Of a DNA stretch of 64,000 nt, positions 39,943 through 49,243 are shown one piece after another (within the stretch, counting starts at the first letter, position 1; each line of letters begins with the position of its first letter). The notes beneath the pieces are model-generated. The model had not been told where the DNA came from. It did not search any database and saw only the letters and a list, made by a program, of their open reading frames with translations. The position numbers and the translations under genes were made by a program. The DNA is from an uncultured delta proteobacterium (GTDB lineage Bacteria; Myxococcota_A; UBA9160; UBA4427), in the NCBI GenBank assembly GCA_963822965.1, contig CAWGJT010000010.1, forward strand, positions 128,001 to 192,000. The letters are read 5' to 3'.

Positions 39943-41151
39943 TCACAGCGCCTCGAAGAACGCGCCCAGCATCGCGAAGCCCCCGGCTCCGCCCACCAGG
40001 CCCTGCTGCATCTTGTTGAGCGTGTAGCCGAAGCCCACCTTCGCGTCCGGGTCGGCCATGCCGATGGAGCCGCCGGCGCCGGGGTGGCCGAACGCCCGGG
40101 GGTTGGGGCTCAGGGGCATGAAGTCCTGGCGCAGCATGAAGCCCAGGCCGAAGCGCATGGGAAGCCCGCCCAGGACGGCGTCCGGGCCGAAGGCCTGCTC
40201 GCGGATCGCGGCGTCGATGGTGTCGGGCTCGAGGATCCTCACGCCGTCCACCTCGCCGCCCCGGGCGAGGGCGCCGTAGATGCGCGCGAGCGCCCGCGCG
40301 GTCGTGTGGCCGTTGGCGGCCGGGATCTCCGCCGCGCGCCATTCGCGCGAGTTCACCTCGCCGCGCTTCTGGGGCGGGTTGACGAAGGCCGCCCCCGTCA
40401 TCGTGTCGGGGTCGCCCATGTCCTGCATGAACTGGCGGAGCGGCTCGGGCAGGTTGTCCGGGAGACTGGGCGCGCCTTTCTCTCCCGAATCGCCGCGTGA
40501 GACGAGCTGCCCGTGCAGGCGCGAGGTGCGGGCGTCGTGCTCGGCGGCGAGGCCGATGTGGAAGTCGGCCTGGAGGGGCGCCGCCACGTGCTCGCGGAAG
40601 TAGCTGCCGAGGCTCTGCCCCGTGATGCGCCGCACGACCTCGCCCACCAGATAGCCGAACGTGATGGCGTGGTAGCCGTGCCGCGTACCCGGCTCCCACC
40701 ACGGCTCCTGGGCGGCCAGCGCCGACGTCATCTGCTCCCAGTCGTAGAGGGCGCCGTGGGGCAGGCGCTCGCGCACGGCCGGCAGCCCCGCCTTGTGGCA
40801 GAGCAGCCAGCGCACCGGCAGGTTCTGCTTGCCAGCCTGGGCGAACTCGGGCCAGTAGGCGGCCACGGGTGCGTCGAGATCGAGCTTGCCCTGCTCGACG
40901 AGGCGATTCGCACAGATGGCCGTCATGCCCTTGGTGGTGGAGTAGACGTTGACGAGGGTGTCCCGCTCCCACTCGGTCTCGCGGTCGAACTCGAGGAAGC
41001 CGCCCCACAGGTCGACGACGGGCTCGCCGTCCAGGGTGAAAGCGACGCTCGCGCCCAGATCGACGCCCTCGCGCAGGTTGCGCTCGAAGACGTCGCGCAC
41101 CGCCTGGAATCGAGGCTCGCAGTGGCCGTGGACGGGGACGGGGCGGGACAT
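39943..41151 (-). CDS. Serine hydrolase, beta-lactamase class C-like esterase
   Basis: VDLWGG, STTK (SxxK), LLCHKAG, GYHAITFG, FGHPGAGG. Confidence 0.93.
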   Translation of the reverse strand: MSRPVPVHGHCEPRFQAVRDVFERNLREGVDLGASVAFTLDGEPVVDLWGGFLEFDRETEWERDTLVNVYSTTKGMTAICANRLVEQGKLDLDAPVAAYWPEFAQAGKQNLPVRWLLCHKAGLPAVRERLPHGALYDWEQMTSALAAQEPWWEPGTRHGYHAITFGYLVGEVVRRITGQSLGSYFREHVAAPLQADFHIGLAAEHDARTSRLHGQLVSRGDSGEKGAPSLPDNLPEPLRQFMQDMGDPDTMTGAAFVNPPQKRGEVNSREWRAAEIPAANGHTTARALARIYGALARGGEVDGVRILEPDTIDAAIREQAFGPDAVLGGLPMRFGLGFMLRQDFMPLSPNPRAFGHPGAGGSIGMADPDAKVGFGYTLNKMQQGLVGGAGGFAMLGAFFEAL

Positions 41152-41428
41152 CGGGTTCCTCCGGACGAGGGCGCCTCGCCGATCCTAGCCGAGGGAGCTC
41201 GTTGGGCTCCCCTTGCGGCGGAACCACGACCCAGGACTTCGTCTTGGGTCGCGGTCCTGGCCCGGGAGCGGTTGGAGTCGACCGGCCCCCGTGGGTGTGC
41301 GACGATCCGTTCTGCGGGCCCCCGCGCCAGTCGCCCCCGTCGAACGGGCCTTCGCAGCAGACCCTGCAAGCATTCCGATTCCAGCCCCGCCCCCCGCCCA
41401 GAACGCCGAGAGAACATCGAGAGTCCAC

Positions 41429-41468
41429 CCATCCGCCAAGAACCATCCGCCAAGAACCATCCACCAAG
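41429..41468. repeat. Direct repeat, 14 bp x~3 (CCATCCGCCAAGAA), upstream of the LPXTA lipoprotein gene
   Basis: Two perfect copies plus a partial third (CCATCCACCAAG). Confidence 0.8.
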
Positions 41469-41501
41469 CGAGACAAAGAGAGAGAACAAGGAGATCCTGT
41501 C

Positions 41502-41789
41502 ATGATCCGGACCCTGGCCGTCGCGTCCTGCGCCGCATTGCTGGCCCTGGCCTGCACCACCACCAGCGAGCCCGAGCCGACCCCCGCCCCCGCACCGGTG
41601 GCCGTCGAGCAGCCCGCACCGCCGCCGGCTCCCGAGCCCGTGGCCACGCCCGTCGCCGAGCCCGTGCGGGCCCCGATCGAGCTGCCCAAGACCGCCGGTG
41701 TGCTGCCGTTGGTGGGGCTGTCGGGGCTCGTCGCCCTGGGGCTCGGAACGGTGACGCGCGTCGCACGGCGCACGGTCTCCCGGCGCTGA
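41502..41789 (+). CDS. 95-aa lipoprotein with Pro/Ala-rich spacer and C-terminal LPXTA sortase sorting signal
   Basis: AAGGAG RBS; MIRTLAVASCAALLALA|C lipobox; LPKTA followed by a hydrophobic segment and RVARRTVSRR. Confidence 0.88.
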   Translation: MIRTLAVASCAALLALACTTTSEPEPTPAPAPVAVEQPAPPPAPEPVATPVAEPVRAPIELPKTAGVLPLVGLSGLVALGLGTVTRVARRTVSRR

Positions 41790-41859
41790 GCCGCCTCGTG
41801 CGCGGTGGGGGATCCAGTCCCACGCCGCCGCAGCCGATGATGCGAACGAGCAGACCGGG

Positions 41860-42579
41860 ATGTTCATGATTCGTGACGACTCCAGGACCGATCTCGCCGC
41901 CAGCGCGCCCGTCGGGGCGCGCTGGCAGGCGGCGGTGCGCGTCTTCGAGCGTGTGCTCTTCGCCGTGGGCGCGGGCTGTCTGGTCTTCTACGCGGTTGCG
42001 TGTACGTCGAGCTCGTGGTTCCAGGCCCGGGAGCAGGACGCCTTCGCGCAAGCGCTCGCGGCGCGCATCCAGTCCGAGGCGCCCGACCACAGCGACTGGA
42101 GCGAGGCGCGCGTGCGTCACTACCAGGAGGTGGCCGGCACGCCCGTGCAGGCGATGGGGAGACTCGACGTTCCCGATGCGGGCCTGTCGGTGATGCTCCT
42201 GGAAGGCACGGACGAGATCACCCTGAACCGCGCCGTGGGACACATCGAGGGGACGGCGCTGCCCGGGGAGCCCGGCAACCTGGGCATCGCGGGCCATCGC
42301 GACGGCTTCTTCCGCGGCCTGCAGCACGTCGAGGTGGGAGACACCCTGTCGCTCACCACCCTGGACGGCGTCGCCGAGTACGCGGTGGAGTCGATCGAAA
42401 TCGTGGCTCCCTCGGCGGTGGAGGTGCTGGCGCCCACCGAGGATCCCTCCATCACGTTGGTCACCTGCTACCCGTTCTACTACGTGGGCGACGCGCCCCA
42501 ACGCTACATCGTCCACGGCCGTCAGGTCCGCTACGAGCCGTGGACGCGCTCGGCCGCCCTGGGCGGCTCGAAGCGCTAG
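41860..42579 (+). CDS. Class D-type sortase
   Basis: N-terminal TM; GIAGHRDGFF (His), TLVTCYPF (Cys), RYIV (Arg) catalytic triad. Confidence 0.95.
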   Translation: MFMIRDDSRTDLAASAPVGARWQAAVRVFERVLFAVGAGCLVFYAVACTSSSWFQAREQDAFAQALAARIQSEAPDHSDWSEARVRHYQEVAGTPVQAMGRLDVPDAGLSVMLLEGTDEITLNRAVGHIEGTALPGEPGNLGIAGHRDGFFRGLQHVEVGDTLSLTTLDGVAEYAVESIEIVAPSAVEVLAPTEDPSITLVTCYPFYYVGDAPQRYIVHGRQVRYEPWTRSAALGGSKR

Positions 42580-42650
42580 CTGAGGTCGCGCCCTTGGCCG
42601 GGTCCGGTCGGGCCGCCGTCCCAGCCGCGGCTCGTGGCATAATGCCCGTC

Positions 42651-44801
42651 ATGACTGCCTTCTCCGAAGCCGCCGCGCGGGTCGCCGCGGGCGCCGCCCC
42701 CCAGCTCGAAGCCGCGGACCTCGTCGCGCAGATGACCCTCGACGAGAAGCTCGGCTGTCTCGACGGCGATACCCCCTTCTGGCCGGGCACCATCGATCTC
42801 GGCACCGGCGGCTATCACGGGCATCCGTGGCCCGCGGTGCACGTGGAGCGGCTCGGGGTCCCGGGCCTCGACTTCGCCGACGGGCCTCGCGGATGCGTGC
42901 TGGGGCCGTGCACCGTGTTCCCCGTCTCGATGGCGCGCGGCGCTTCGTTCGATCCCGATCTCGAGCGGCGCATCGGCCGGGCGATCGGTGCCGAGCTACG
43001 CGCCCAGGGCGCCACCTACACCGGCGCGGTGTGCATGAATCTGCTGCGGCACCCGGCCTGGGGGCGCGCCCAGGAGACCTACGGCGAGGACCCGCTCCAC
43101 GTGGGCGAGATGGCCCTCGCGCTCAGCCAGGGGCTGCAGGAGCACGTGATGGCGTGCATGAAGCACTTCGCGCTCAACTCGATGGAGAACGCGCGCTTCC
43201 AGGTGGACGTGATCGCCGACGAGCGGGCTCTCCACGAGGTGTACCTGCCGCACTTCAAGCGGGTCGCCCAGGCGGGCATCGCCAGCGTGATGAGTAGCTA
43301 CAACTCGCTGAACGGCGAGTGGTGCGGAGAGAACGCGTCCCTGCTGATCGACATCCTGCGCCGGGACTGGGGCTTCGAGGGCTTCGTGATCACCGACTTC
43401 ACGTTCGGGCTGCGCGATCCGGTGAAGTCGGTGAAGGCCGGCTGCAACGTGGAGATGCCGTTCCGCCAGCAGCGCGCCCTCGCGCTTCCGGCCGCGGTGG
43501 CGTCCGGGGAGCTGCCGCTCGAGGACGTGGACGCGCGGGTGCGGGAGACGCTCGCCACCTTCCTGCGCTTCCGGCGCGTGTACGAGAGTCGCCCCGGCCC
43601 CGAGGTGGTCGCGTGTCCGGAGCACCGGGCGCTGTCGCGCGAGGCGGCCGCCGCCTCGATGGTGCTGCTCCGCAACGCCGGCGGACTGCTTCCGCTGTCG
43701 GCGGGTGAGCTGCGGCGTGTGGCCGTGCTCGGGCGCCTGGCCGATCGCCCGAACCTGGGCGACGGAGGCAGTAGCAACGTCCTGCAGCCCGACGTGGTGA
43801 CCCCCCTGGCCGGTCTGCGCGCTGCCCTGCCGCATGCCGAGCTGGTGCACGCGGAGGACGACGTCTCGGTGCTGCGGGATGCCGACGTGGTGGTGGTGGT
43901 GGTGGGCTACACGAAGCACGACGAGGGCGAGTTCATCGACCCCGACGCCATCGGCCAGCTCGCGCACCTGTTTCCGCCGGCGGACCATCCCGAGGTGGGC
44001 TTTCCGCCGGGCTGGAAGCCGCCCCATGCGAAGGCCGCGGCGCCGGCGAACGCCGCAGCGCCGGCCGCTGCCACCGGAGACGCCCCCGACCCCATCGGCA
44101 GCTTTGCCGCCGGCGGCGACCGCAGCAGCCTTCGTCTGCGCGCCGCCGACGAGGAGCTCATCCGGGCGGTGGCCGCCGTCCACGATCGCGTGGTGGTGGC
44201 CGTCATGGCCGGCAGCGCCGTCGTGATGCCCTGGCTCGAGGACGTCGCCGCGACCCTGATGCTCTGGTACCCCGGCATGGAGGGCGGCCACGCGCTGGCG
44301 GACGTGCTGCTGGGACAGGTCGAGCCGGGAGGGCGTCTGCCCTTCGCGGTGCCGGTCGACGAGGCTCACCTCGTGGACTTCGACAAGGACGCGACCCGCC
44401 AGGTCTACGGCCTGCTGCACGGCCAGTGGTGGCTGGACGCCCGGGAGATCGCGCCGCAGCTGCCGTTCGGGTACGGCCTGGGCTACACGAGCTTCTCCCT
44501 GGGTGACGCGCGACGCACGGGAGAGTCGGTCACGGTCGACCTCAAGAACGTCGGCGCCCGGGACGGCAGCACGGTGGTGCAGGTGTACGGCTCGGTTCCG
44601 GCCTCGCAGCACGAGCGCCCGCCCCGCCGCCTGCTGGGGTTCCGGCGCGTGCACCTCTGCGCCGGCGACTCCGGCACGTTCGCGATCCCCATCGAGCGCA
44701 CGCCCCTCGACGTCCACGTCGGCGGTGCCTGGGTGCGCGAGGATCTCCCGGTCGTGCTGCACGTGGGGCTCGACGCCGGCAGCACCCGCGAGCTCGCCTG
44801 A
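42651..44801 (+). CDS. GH3 beta-glucosidase
   Basis: MTLDEK, DGPRG, WGRAQETYGEDP, KHF, FVITDF, PFGYGLGYT, Fn3-like tail. Confidence 0.95.
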   Translation: MTAFSEAAARVAAGAAPQLEAADLVAQMTLDEKLGCLDGDTPFWPGTIDLGTGGYHGHPWPAVHVERLGVPGLDFADGPRGCVLGPCTVFPVSMARGASFDPDLERRIGRAIGAELRAQGATYTGAVCMNLLRHPAWGRAQETYGEDPLHVGEMALALSQGLQEHVMACMKHFALNSMENARFQVDVIADERALHEVYLPHFKRVAQAGIASVMSSYNSLNGEWCGENASLLIDILRRDWGFEGFVITDFTFGLRDPVKSVKAGCNVEMPFRQQRALALPAAVASGELPLEDVDARVRETLATFLRFRRVYESRPGPEVVACPEHRALSREAAAASMVLLRNAGGLLPLSAGELRRVAVLGRLADRPNLGDGGSSNVLQPDVVTPLAGLRAALPHAELVHAEDDVSVLRDADVVVVVVGYTKHDEGEFIDPDAIGQLAHLFPPADHPEVGFPPGWKPPHAKAAAPANAAAPAAATGDAPDPIGSFAAGGDRSSLRLRAADEELIRAVAAVHDRVVVAVMAGSAVVMPWLEDVAATLMLWYPGMEGGHALADVLLGQVEPGGRLPFAVPVDEAHLVDFDKDATRQVYGLLHGQWWLDAREIAPQLPFGYGLGYTSFSLGDARRTGESVTVDLKNVGARDGSTVVQVYGSVPASQHERPPRRLLGFRRVHLCAGDSGTFAIPIERTPLDVHVGGAWVREDLPVVLHVGLDAGSTRELA

Positions 44802-44846
44802 TCCGAAGCGGGCCCGAAGCGCCGGCGAGAGCCGCGCGAAGCGACC

Positions 44847-45545
44847 TCAGGCTTCCAGGAAGACCGCGAAGTCCTCGAGCGGCGCTCGCTCGCTGTGCAG
44901 TGCGTTCACCGGGTGATGCTCGTCCGCGTAGCCCAGGGCGACGCCGCAGAAGACCAGCTCGTGCTCGGGGACGCCCACCACTTCGCGGATCGTCCGGCCC
45001 CAGACGCTCCACGCCTCCTGGGGGCAGGTGTGCAGGCCGTACTCGCGGGCCAGCAGCATCAGGTTGCCCAGGAAGAGGCCCAGGTCGCAGAACTGGGGCG
45101 GACCCATCTGCTTGTCGATGCACAGGATCATGCCGATGGGGGCGCCGAAGAACGTGAAGTTCAGGGCCATCTGCTCGGCGCGAGCGGGGGCGTCGTCCCA
45201 GGCGATCCCCACCAGCTCGTACATCTGGGCCGCCACGCGGCTGCGCCGCGCCTTGTACGGCTCGCCGAGGTCCCGCGGATAGATGTCGTACTCGAGGCCG
45301 TCGAGGGGCACCTGCTGGCGGCGCGAAGCGACCGCTTGCACGAGCCGCTCGCGCGCGGCGCCCGCCAGCACGTAGACCCGCCAGGGCTGCAGGTTGCCGC
45401 CCGAGGCCGCGCGCGCCGCCTTCGCCACCAGGTCGCGCACGAGCTCGGGGTCGACCGGATCGGGGCGGAAGGCGCGGTTCGAACGGCGCGTGTCGATGGC
45501 TTCGCTCACGCTGGCGCTGGGACGGGTGTCGATGGGGCTCGTCAA
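44847..45545 (-). CDS. Nitroreductase family protein
   Basis: RRSNRAF, ASGGNLQPW, FFGAP, TCPQEAW; TTG start. Confidence 0.92.
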   Translation of the reverse strand: MTSPIDTRPSASVSEAIDTRRSNRAFRPDPVDPELVRDLVAKAARAASGGNLQPWRVYVLAGAARERLVQAVASRRQQVPLDGLEYDIYPRDLGEPYKARRSRVAAQMYELVGIAWDDAPARAEQMALNFTFFGAPIGMILCIDKQMGPPQFCDLGLFLGNLMLLAREYGLHTCPQEAWSVWGRTIREVVGVPEHELVFCGVALGYADEHHPVNALHSERAPLEDFAVFLEA

Positions 45546-45584
45546 GGTGGCGGGAGTCTACCGTGCCGGCAGCGGTCTGGAGCG

Positions 45585-46154
45585 CTATCGCGGCGCCTGG
45601 GCGGCAAGCTGGGCGCGGCACTGGCGCTCGCAGTCGTCGCACACGTACTCCTCCATCTCGGGCGGGCTCTCGCTCTCGAGCCAGCCGAGCCGGGAGACGG
45701 CTTCCTCCGGCTCGAGCCAGGCCCCGAAGGCGAAGATCCGCCGGCAGAAGCTGCAGATGGAGAACGCGTACTCGGCCCGCCGGGCGAGCCGGTCGAGCAG
45801 GGTGACGCGGCGGCGGGGCAGCTCGCGCTCGACGACGGCGCGGAAGTCGATCGCGCCGTCCTCACCCGGGCAGAGGTCGAGCTGCATGAAGCGAAGCCGG
45901 TCCGGCGAGTCGCAGCGGAAGGGAACGGAGAGCGTCGCGTTGCGATCTCGCACCCGCCAGAACAGCTGCTGGTAGATCTCGCGGGTCTTGCGGCCGCTCA
46001 CGAAGTCCCAGATGGGGCGGCCCAGAACGCGCTCGCGGATGAGCTCGGGGGCGGCGTTCCGCTTCGCGAAGTCCAGCCAGCTGTCGCTGACGGACACCAG
46101 CAGGTCGTTCCGGTCGATCGAATAGTGATAGCTGGCGGCCTGGGGGTGGGGCAT
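45585..46154 (-). CDS. PAS-like domain protein with C-terminal CxxC...CxxC
   Basis: SWLDFAKRN..VLGRPIWDF..PFRCDSP; CSFC and CDDC. Confidence 0.65.
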   Translation of the reverse strand: MPHPQAASYHYSIDRNDLLVSVSDSWLDFAKRNAAPELIRERVLGRPIWDFVSGRKTREIYQQLFWRVRDRNATLSVPFRCDSPDRLRFMQLDLCPGEDGAIDFRAVVERELPRRRVTLLDRLARRAEYAFSICSFCRRIFAFGAWLEPEEAVSRLGWLESESPPEMEEYVCDDCERQCRAQLAAQAPR

Positions 46155-46254
46155 GAGGAGCTGGCCTCGGGGAGGGAGAAGCCGAGAGGCCAGGGTACCA
46201 GATGCCAGCGTGCGACCGGTCCGCGCGGGGAGCCGCGCCGCACGGTGGGGCGAC

Positions 46255-47229
46255 TCAGGCCGCGTCTCCTCCCGCCTCGCTTTCGGCCTCGGCCGCGAGA
46301 GGCGCCGTCTGGGTGGGCACACGCTCGCGTGTCTCGACGGCGTGGGGGGCGCGAACGAAGGACAGCACCCCTGCCGCGACGAGGGCAAGACCCAGCAGCT
46401 GCCGGCCCGACGGCACCTCGCCGACGATCGCGAAGGCCGTCGCCAGCGTGAGCAGCGGGATCGAGGGCACCACGATGGCGGTGGCGCGCGCCAGGTCGAG
46501 GCGCGCGATGGACTGGTACCACAGCATGGTGCCGCCGTAGGAGAGAACGACGCCCTGGACGGCGAGCGCGGGCATCTGCGCTTCGCTCCAGCTGGAGGGC
46601 AGGAGCGTGCGGTCGCCGGCCCGGGCATAGAGGATCACGGCAAGCCCCAGCCACAGTCCTCCCCAGACGTAGCGCGCGCCCGTCAGCAGCTCGGCGCGTG
46701 CATGGGGGAGACGGCGCAGAACCAGCAGGTGCGAGAGCTGCCAGGCGAGGGGCGTGGCGAGCAGGATCCCGATGCCCACGGGATCGGCCCCGGACTGGCC
46801 GGTGACGGCACAGGCGATGCCCGCCGTCAGCACCCCCACCGAGAACGCTCGCCGCAGGGTCAGCCGATGCCCCAGCACGAGCCAGGCCAGCAGCAGCGAG
46901 TACGCGGGCTCCATCTGCAGACACAGGACCGCGTCGAGCGCCGACGTGCGCGCGGTGCCGAGGAAGAAGAGCGTGTTCGGCAGCATGGTCCCGAGGGCCC
47001 CGAGCCCCGCGAGGGGCAGGGCGTCGGGACCCCGCACCAGGGCACCGAGCTCACCGCGCGCGGCCAGCACGAGTGCCGCCGTGAGGGCGGCGAGCCCGGT
47101 CGTGGCCGCTGCCACGAACAGCGGGTCACCGTGCTCCGTGGTCAGTCGCGCCACGGGCGCGACGAAGGCGCCGTTCAACGCGCACAGCCCCGCGAAGCCG
47201 AGGCCCGCGCGCTCTCCGTCCGGGCTCAC
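46255..47229 (-). CDS. DMT/EamA family transporter
   Basis: About 10 TMs in two EamA-like halves; start approximate. Confidence 0.85.
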   Translation of the reverse strand: MSPDGERAGLGFAGLCALNGAFVAPVARLTTEHGDPLFVAAATTGLAALTAALVLAARGELGALVRGPDALPLAGLGALGTMLPNTLFFLGTARTSALDAVLCLQMEPAYSLLLAWLVLGHRLTLRRAFSVGVLTAGIACAVTGQSGADPVGIGILLATPLAWQLSHLLVLRRLPHARAELLTGARYVWGGLWLGLAVILYARAGDRTLLPSSWSEAQMPALAVQGVVLSYGGTMLWYQSIARLDLARATAIVVPSIPLLTLATAFAIVGEVPSGRQLLGLALVAAGVLSFVRAPHAVETRERVPTQTAPLAAEAESEAGGDAA

Positions 47230-47492
47230 GCGGAGCCGGCGCAGCGCGCGAGCTGCGGCATCCGGGCGCCCAGGCACAGAAGCTCCTCGAACGGGTACGA
47301 GGGGTTCACGAGGAGAGCGCGCATGACGACTCCTGAACGGGCTCCCGGTGAGCCCGCCGCGGGAGAGCACGCGACCAGGATCGGGCGACGCATTGTACGA
47401 TGGCGCCCGCCCCGGCGGCTACGGGCAAGTGCCGGACCGACGCCGAAGGCCTCGGGTTCGTCCGGGGCGCCGGGGCGGGGAGGGCGGCGCCG

Positions 47493-48503
47493 CTACCCGG
47501 GGCCCACCCGCCAGGGCACCCACACCGAGGTCCGCCTGCGGTACGCCTCGTAGGCCGCGCGGCGCTCGGGCACCTGCAGCATGCGCCGCTCGGTCATCAC
47601 CGTGACACCCGCCAGCACGCAGGAGTTGAAGGCCGTGCCGATCACCACCCACGGCTCGCCCACCGCGACGCCGAAGCCGGCGATCGACCACCAGAAGAGC
47701 TGCTCGCCGAAGTAGTTCGGGTGCCGGGAGTAGCGCCACAGGCCGGTCTCGAGCAGGCGGACACGCGGCTCGCCCCGGTGGACGCGCGCCTCGTTCTCGC
47801 GCATGAAGCGGTCGAGCTGGCCGTCGGCCGCGTGGGCGACGCCCACGCCCGCCAGCGCCCCGGCAAAGCAGAGCACGTCGAGCGGGCCCACCGGAGGGTT
47901 CCGGAACGCCACGGCCCAGAAGGGCAGGCTCAGCCCGACCAGCATGAGGTGCTGGGCGAGCTGGACGACGAAGAGCTGCTCCCACCAGAAGCCTGGCCGT
48001 TCGGCGCGCATCTTCGCGTAGCGCCAGTCCTCGCGCAGACCGAAGCGCCAGCGCTCGCGCCGGAAGTAGTTGGCCGTGAGCCGCACGCTCCAGACCAGGA
48101 GCGCCGTCCAGGACAGGGCCACGCGATTCCAGTCGGGCTGGGCCTGGGGATGGGCGAGGTAGAAGCCCGCGAGCCCGATCGGCAGGAGCGTCCAGTAGGG
48201 GTCGATCAGCCAACTGCTGCGCTGGAGCAGGGCGATCGCGAAGAAGACGAGGTCCACGAAGACGAAGTAGAAGAGGTTCGCCGCCCACACCGGGTGATGG
48301 AGCAGCCAGGCTGCGGCCCCGGACGGCGTGGTGGCGCCGTCGAGCCCGGGGTCGGGCGGGATCGCGTGCGCGGGAAACCAGTGGAAGAGGGTGTTGGCGG
48401 CCAGCACGGCGGGGAGCGGCACGAGCAGGACGAGCGCCGCGTTCGACAGGTTCTGTCGACCGAGGAGGGGCCAGTCGCGGACGTCGGGGAGTCCGGTCGT
48501 CAT
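47493..48503 (-). CDS. DUF1295 (steroid 5-alpha-reductase-like) membrane protein
   Basis: DPYW, EDWRY, ADGQL, GLWRYSRHPNYFGE. Confidence 0.92.
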   Translation of the reverse strand: MTTGLPDVRDWPLLGRQNLSNAALVLLVPLPAVLAANTLFHWFPAHAIPPDPGLDGATTPSGAAAWLLHHPVWAANLFYFVFVDLVFFAIALLQRSSWLIDPYWTLLPIGLAGFYLAHPQAQPDWNRVALSWTALLVWSVRLTANYFRRERWRFGLREDWRYAKMRAERPGFWWEQLFVVQLAQHLMLVGLSLPFWAVAFRNPPVGPLDVLCFAGALAGVGVAHAADGQLDRFMRENEARVHRGEPRVRLLETGLWRYSRHPNYFGEQLFWWSIAGFGVAVGEPWVVIGTAFNSCVLAGVTVMTERRMLQVPERRAAYEAYRRRTSVWVPWRVGPG

Positions 48504-48625
48504 GGGCCCAGGATCGCATGTCGCGTGGGGGTCCGCGTGGGGCTGCCACGCAGGGCTGGCCTACCCTCCCTTCACCGGAACCATGGCCGGTCCTCCGACC
48601 ATCTCCGGGCCGTCGGGGAGGACCC

Positions 48626-49219
48626 ATGAGCGAGGGCTACTACGAGCCGCACGCGCGCATCGCGCTCGAGGAGCCGCTCGTGCTGGTGGGCCACCCGGGC
48701 TCGGGGGTCGCCCACGCCGCCCGGGCCATCAGCGGGCGCACGGGGCTGCCGTTCAACGACGTCCAGCGCTCGGCCGAGGCGCGGGCGGGCCAGTCCCTGG
48801 CGCGCATCGCGGTGGAGCGCGGGATCGAGGCGCTGCGTGGCTACGAGCTGGAGGCCCTGCGGCGGGCGCTGCGCCGCCGCCCCTGCGGCATCGTGGCGAC
48901 CTCGAGCGGCCCGTTCGAGCATGACGACGTTCGCGCCTGGATCCTCCAGGCGGGTCGGGTGCTCTACGTGAGACGGCCGGTGGAGGTCCTGCTCGCTCGC
49001 ATCCAGCTCCAGCTCGAGGCGTCGCCCGGGAGCCTCGCCGAATTCGTGGTCGGGGCGCCGACCCGGGCCGAGGACCTCGAGCGGCATCTCGCTGGACGCG
49101 AGCTCGCGCTGCAGGACGCCCACGCCGTCCTGGAGGCCGGCGACCGACACGCGTCGCGGCTGGCGGACGAGATCCTGGAGGGGCTCGACCGTCTGCTGGG
49201 CGTGCGGCGCCTGGACTGA
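48626..49219 (+). CDS. Shikimate kinase-like protein with degenerate P-loop
   Basis: LVLVGHPGSGV, F.D..E..G.S...I...G...R..E, IVATSSG; Walker A Lys is absent. Confidence 0.7.
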   Translation: MSEGYYEPHARIALEEPLVLVGHPGSGVAHAARAISGRTGLPFNDVQRSAEARAGQSLARIAVERGIEALRGYELEALRRALRRRPCGIVATSSGPFEHDDVRAWILQAGRVLYVRRPVEVLLARIQLQLEASPGSLAEFVVGAPTRAEDLERHLAGRELALQDAHAVLEAGDRHASRLADEILEGLDRLLGVRRLD

Positions 49220-49243
49220 GCCCGGCGGGCCGTCGGCCCCGGG

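Noticed and set aside
39943..41151. Beta-lactamase-family gene as an antibiotic-resistance gene or sortase partner
   Set aside because: No signal peptide, an esterase-type motif set, and divergent orientation; nothing links it to the sortase pair.
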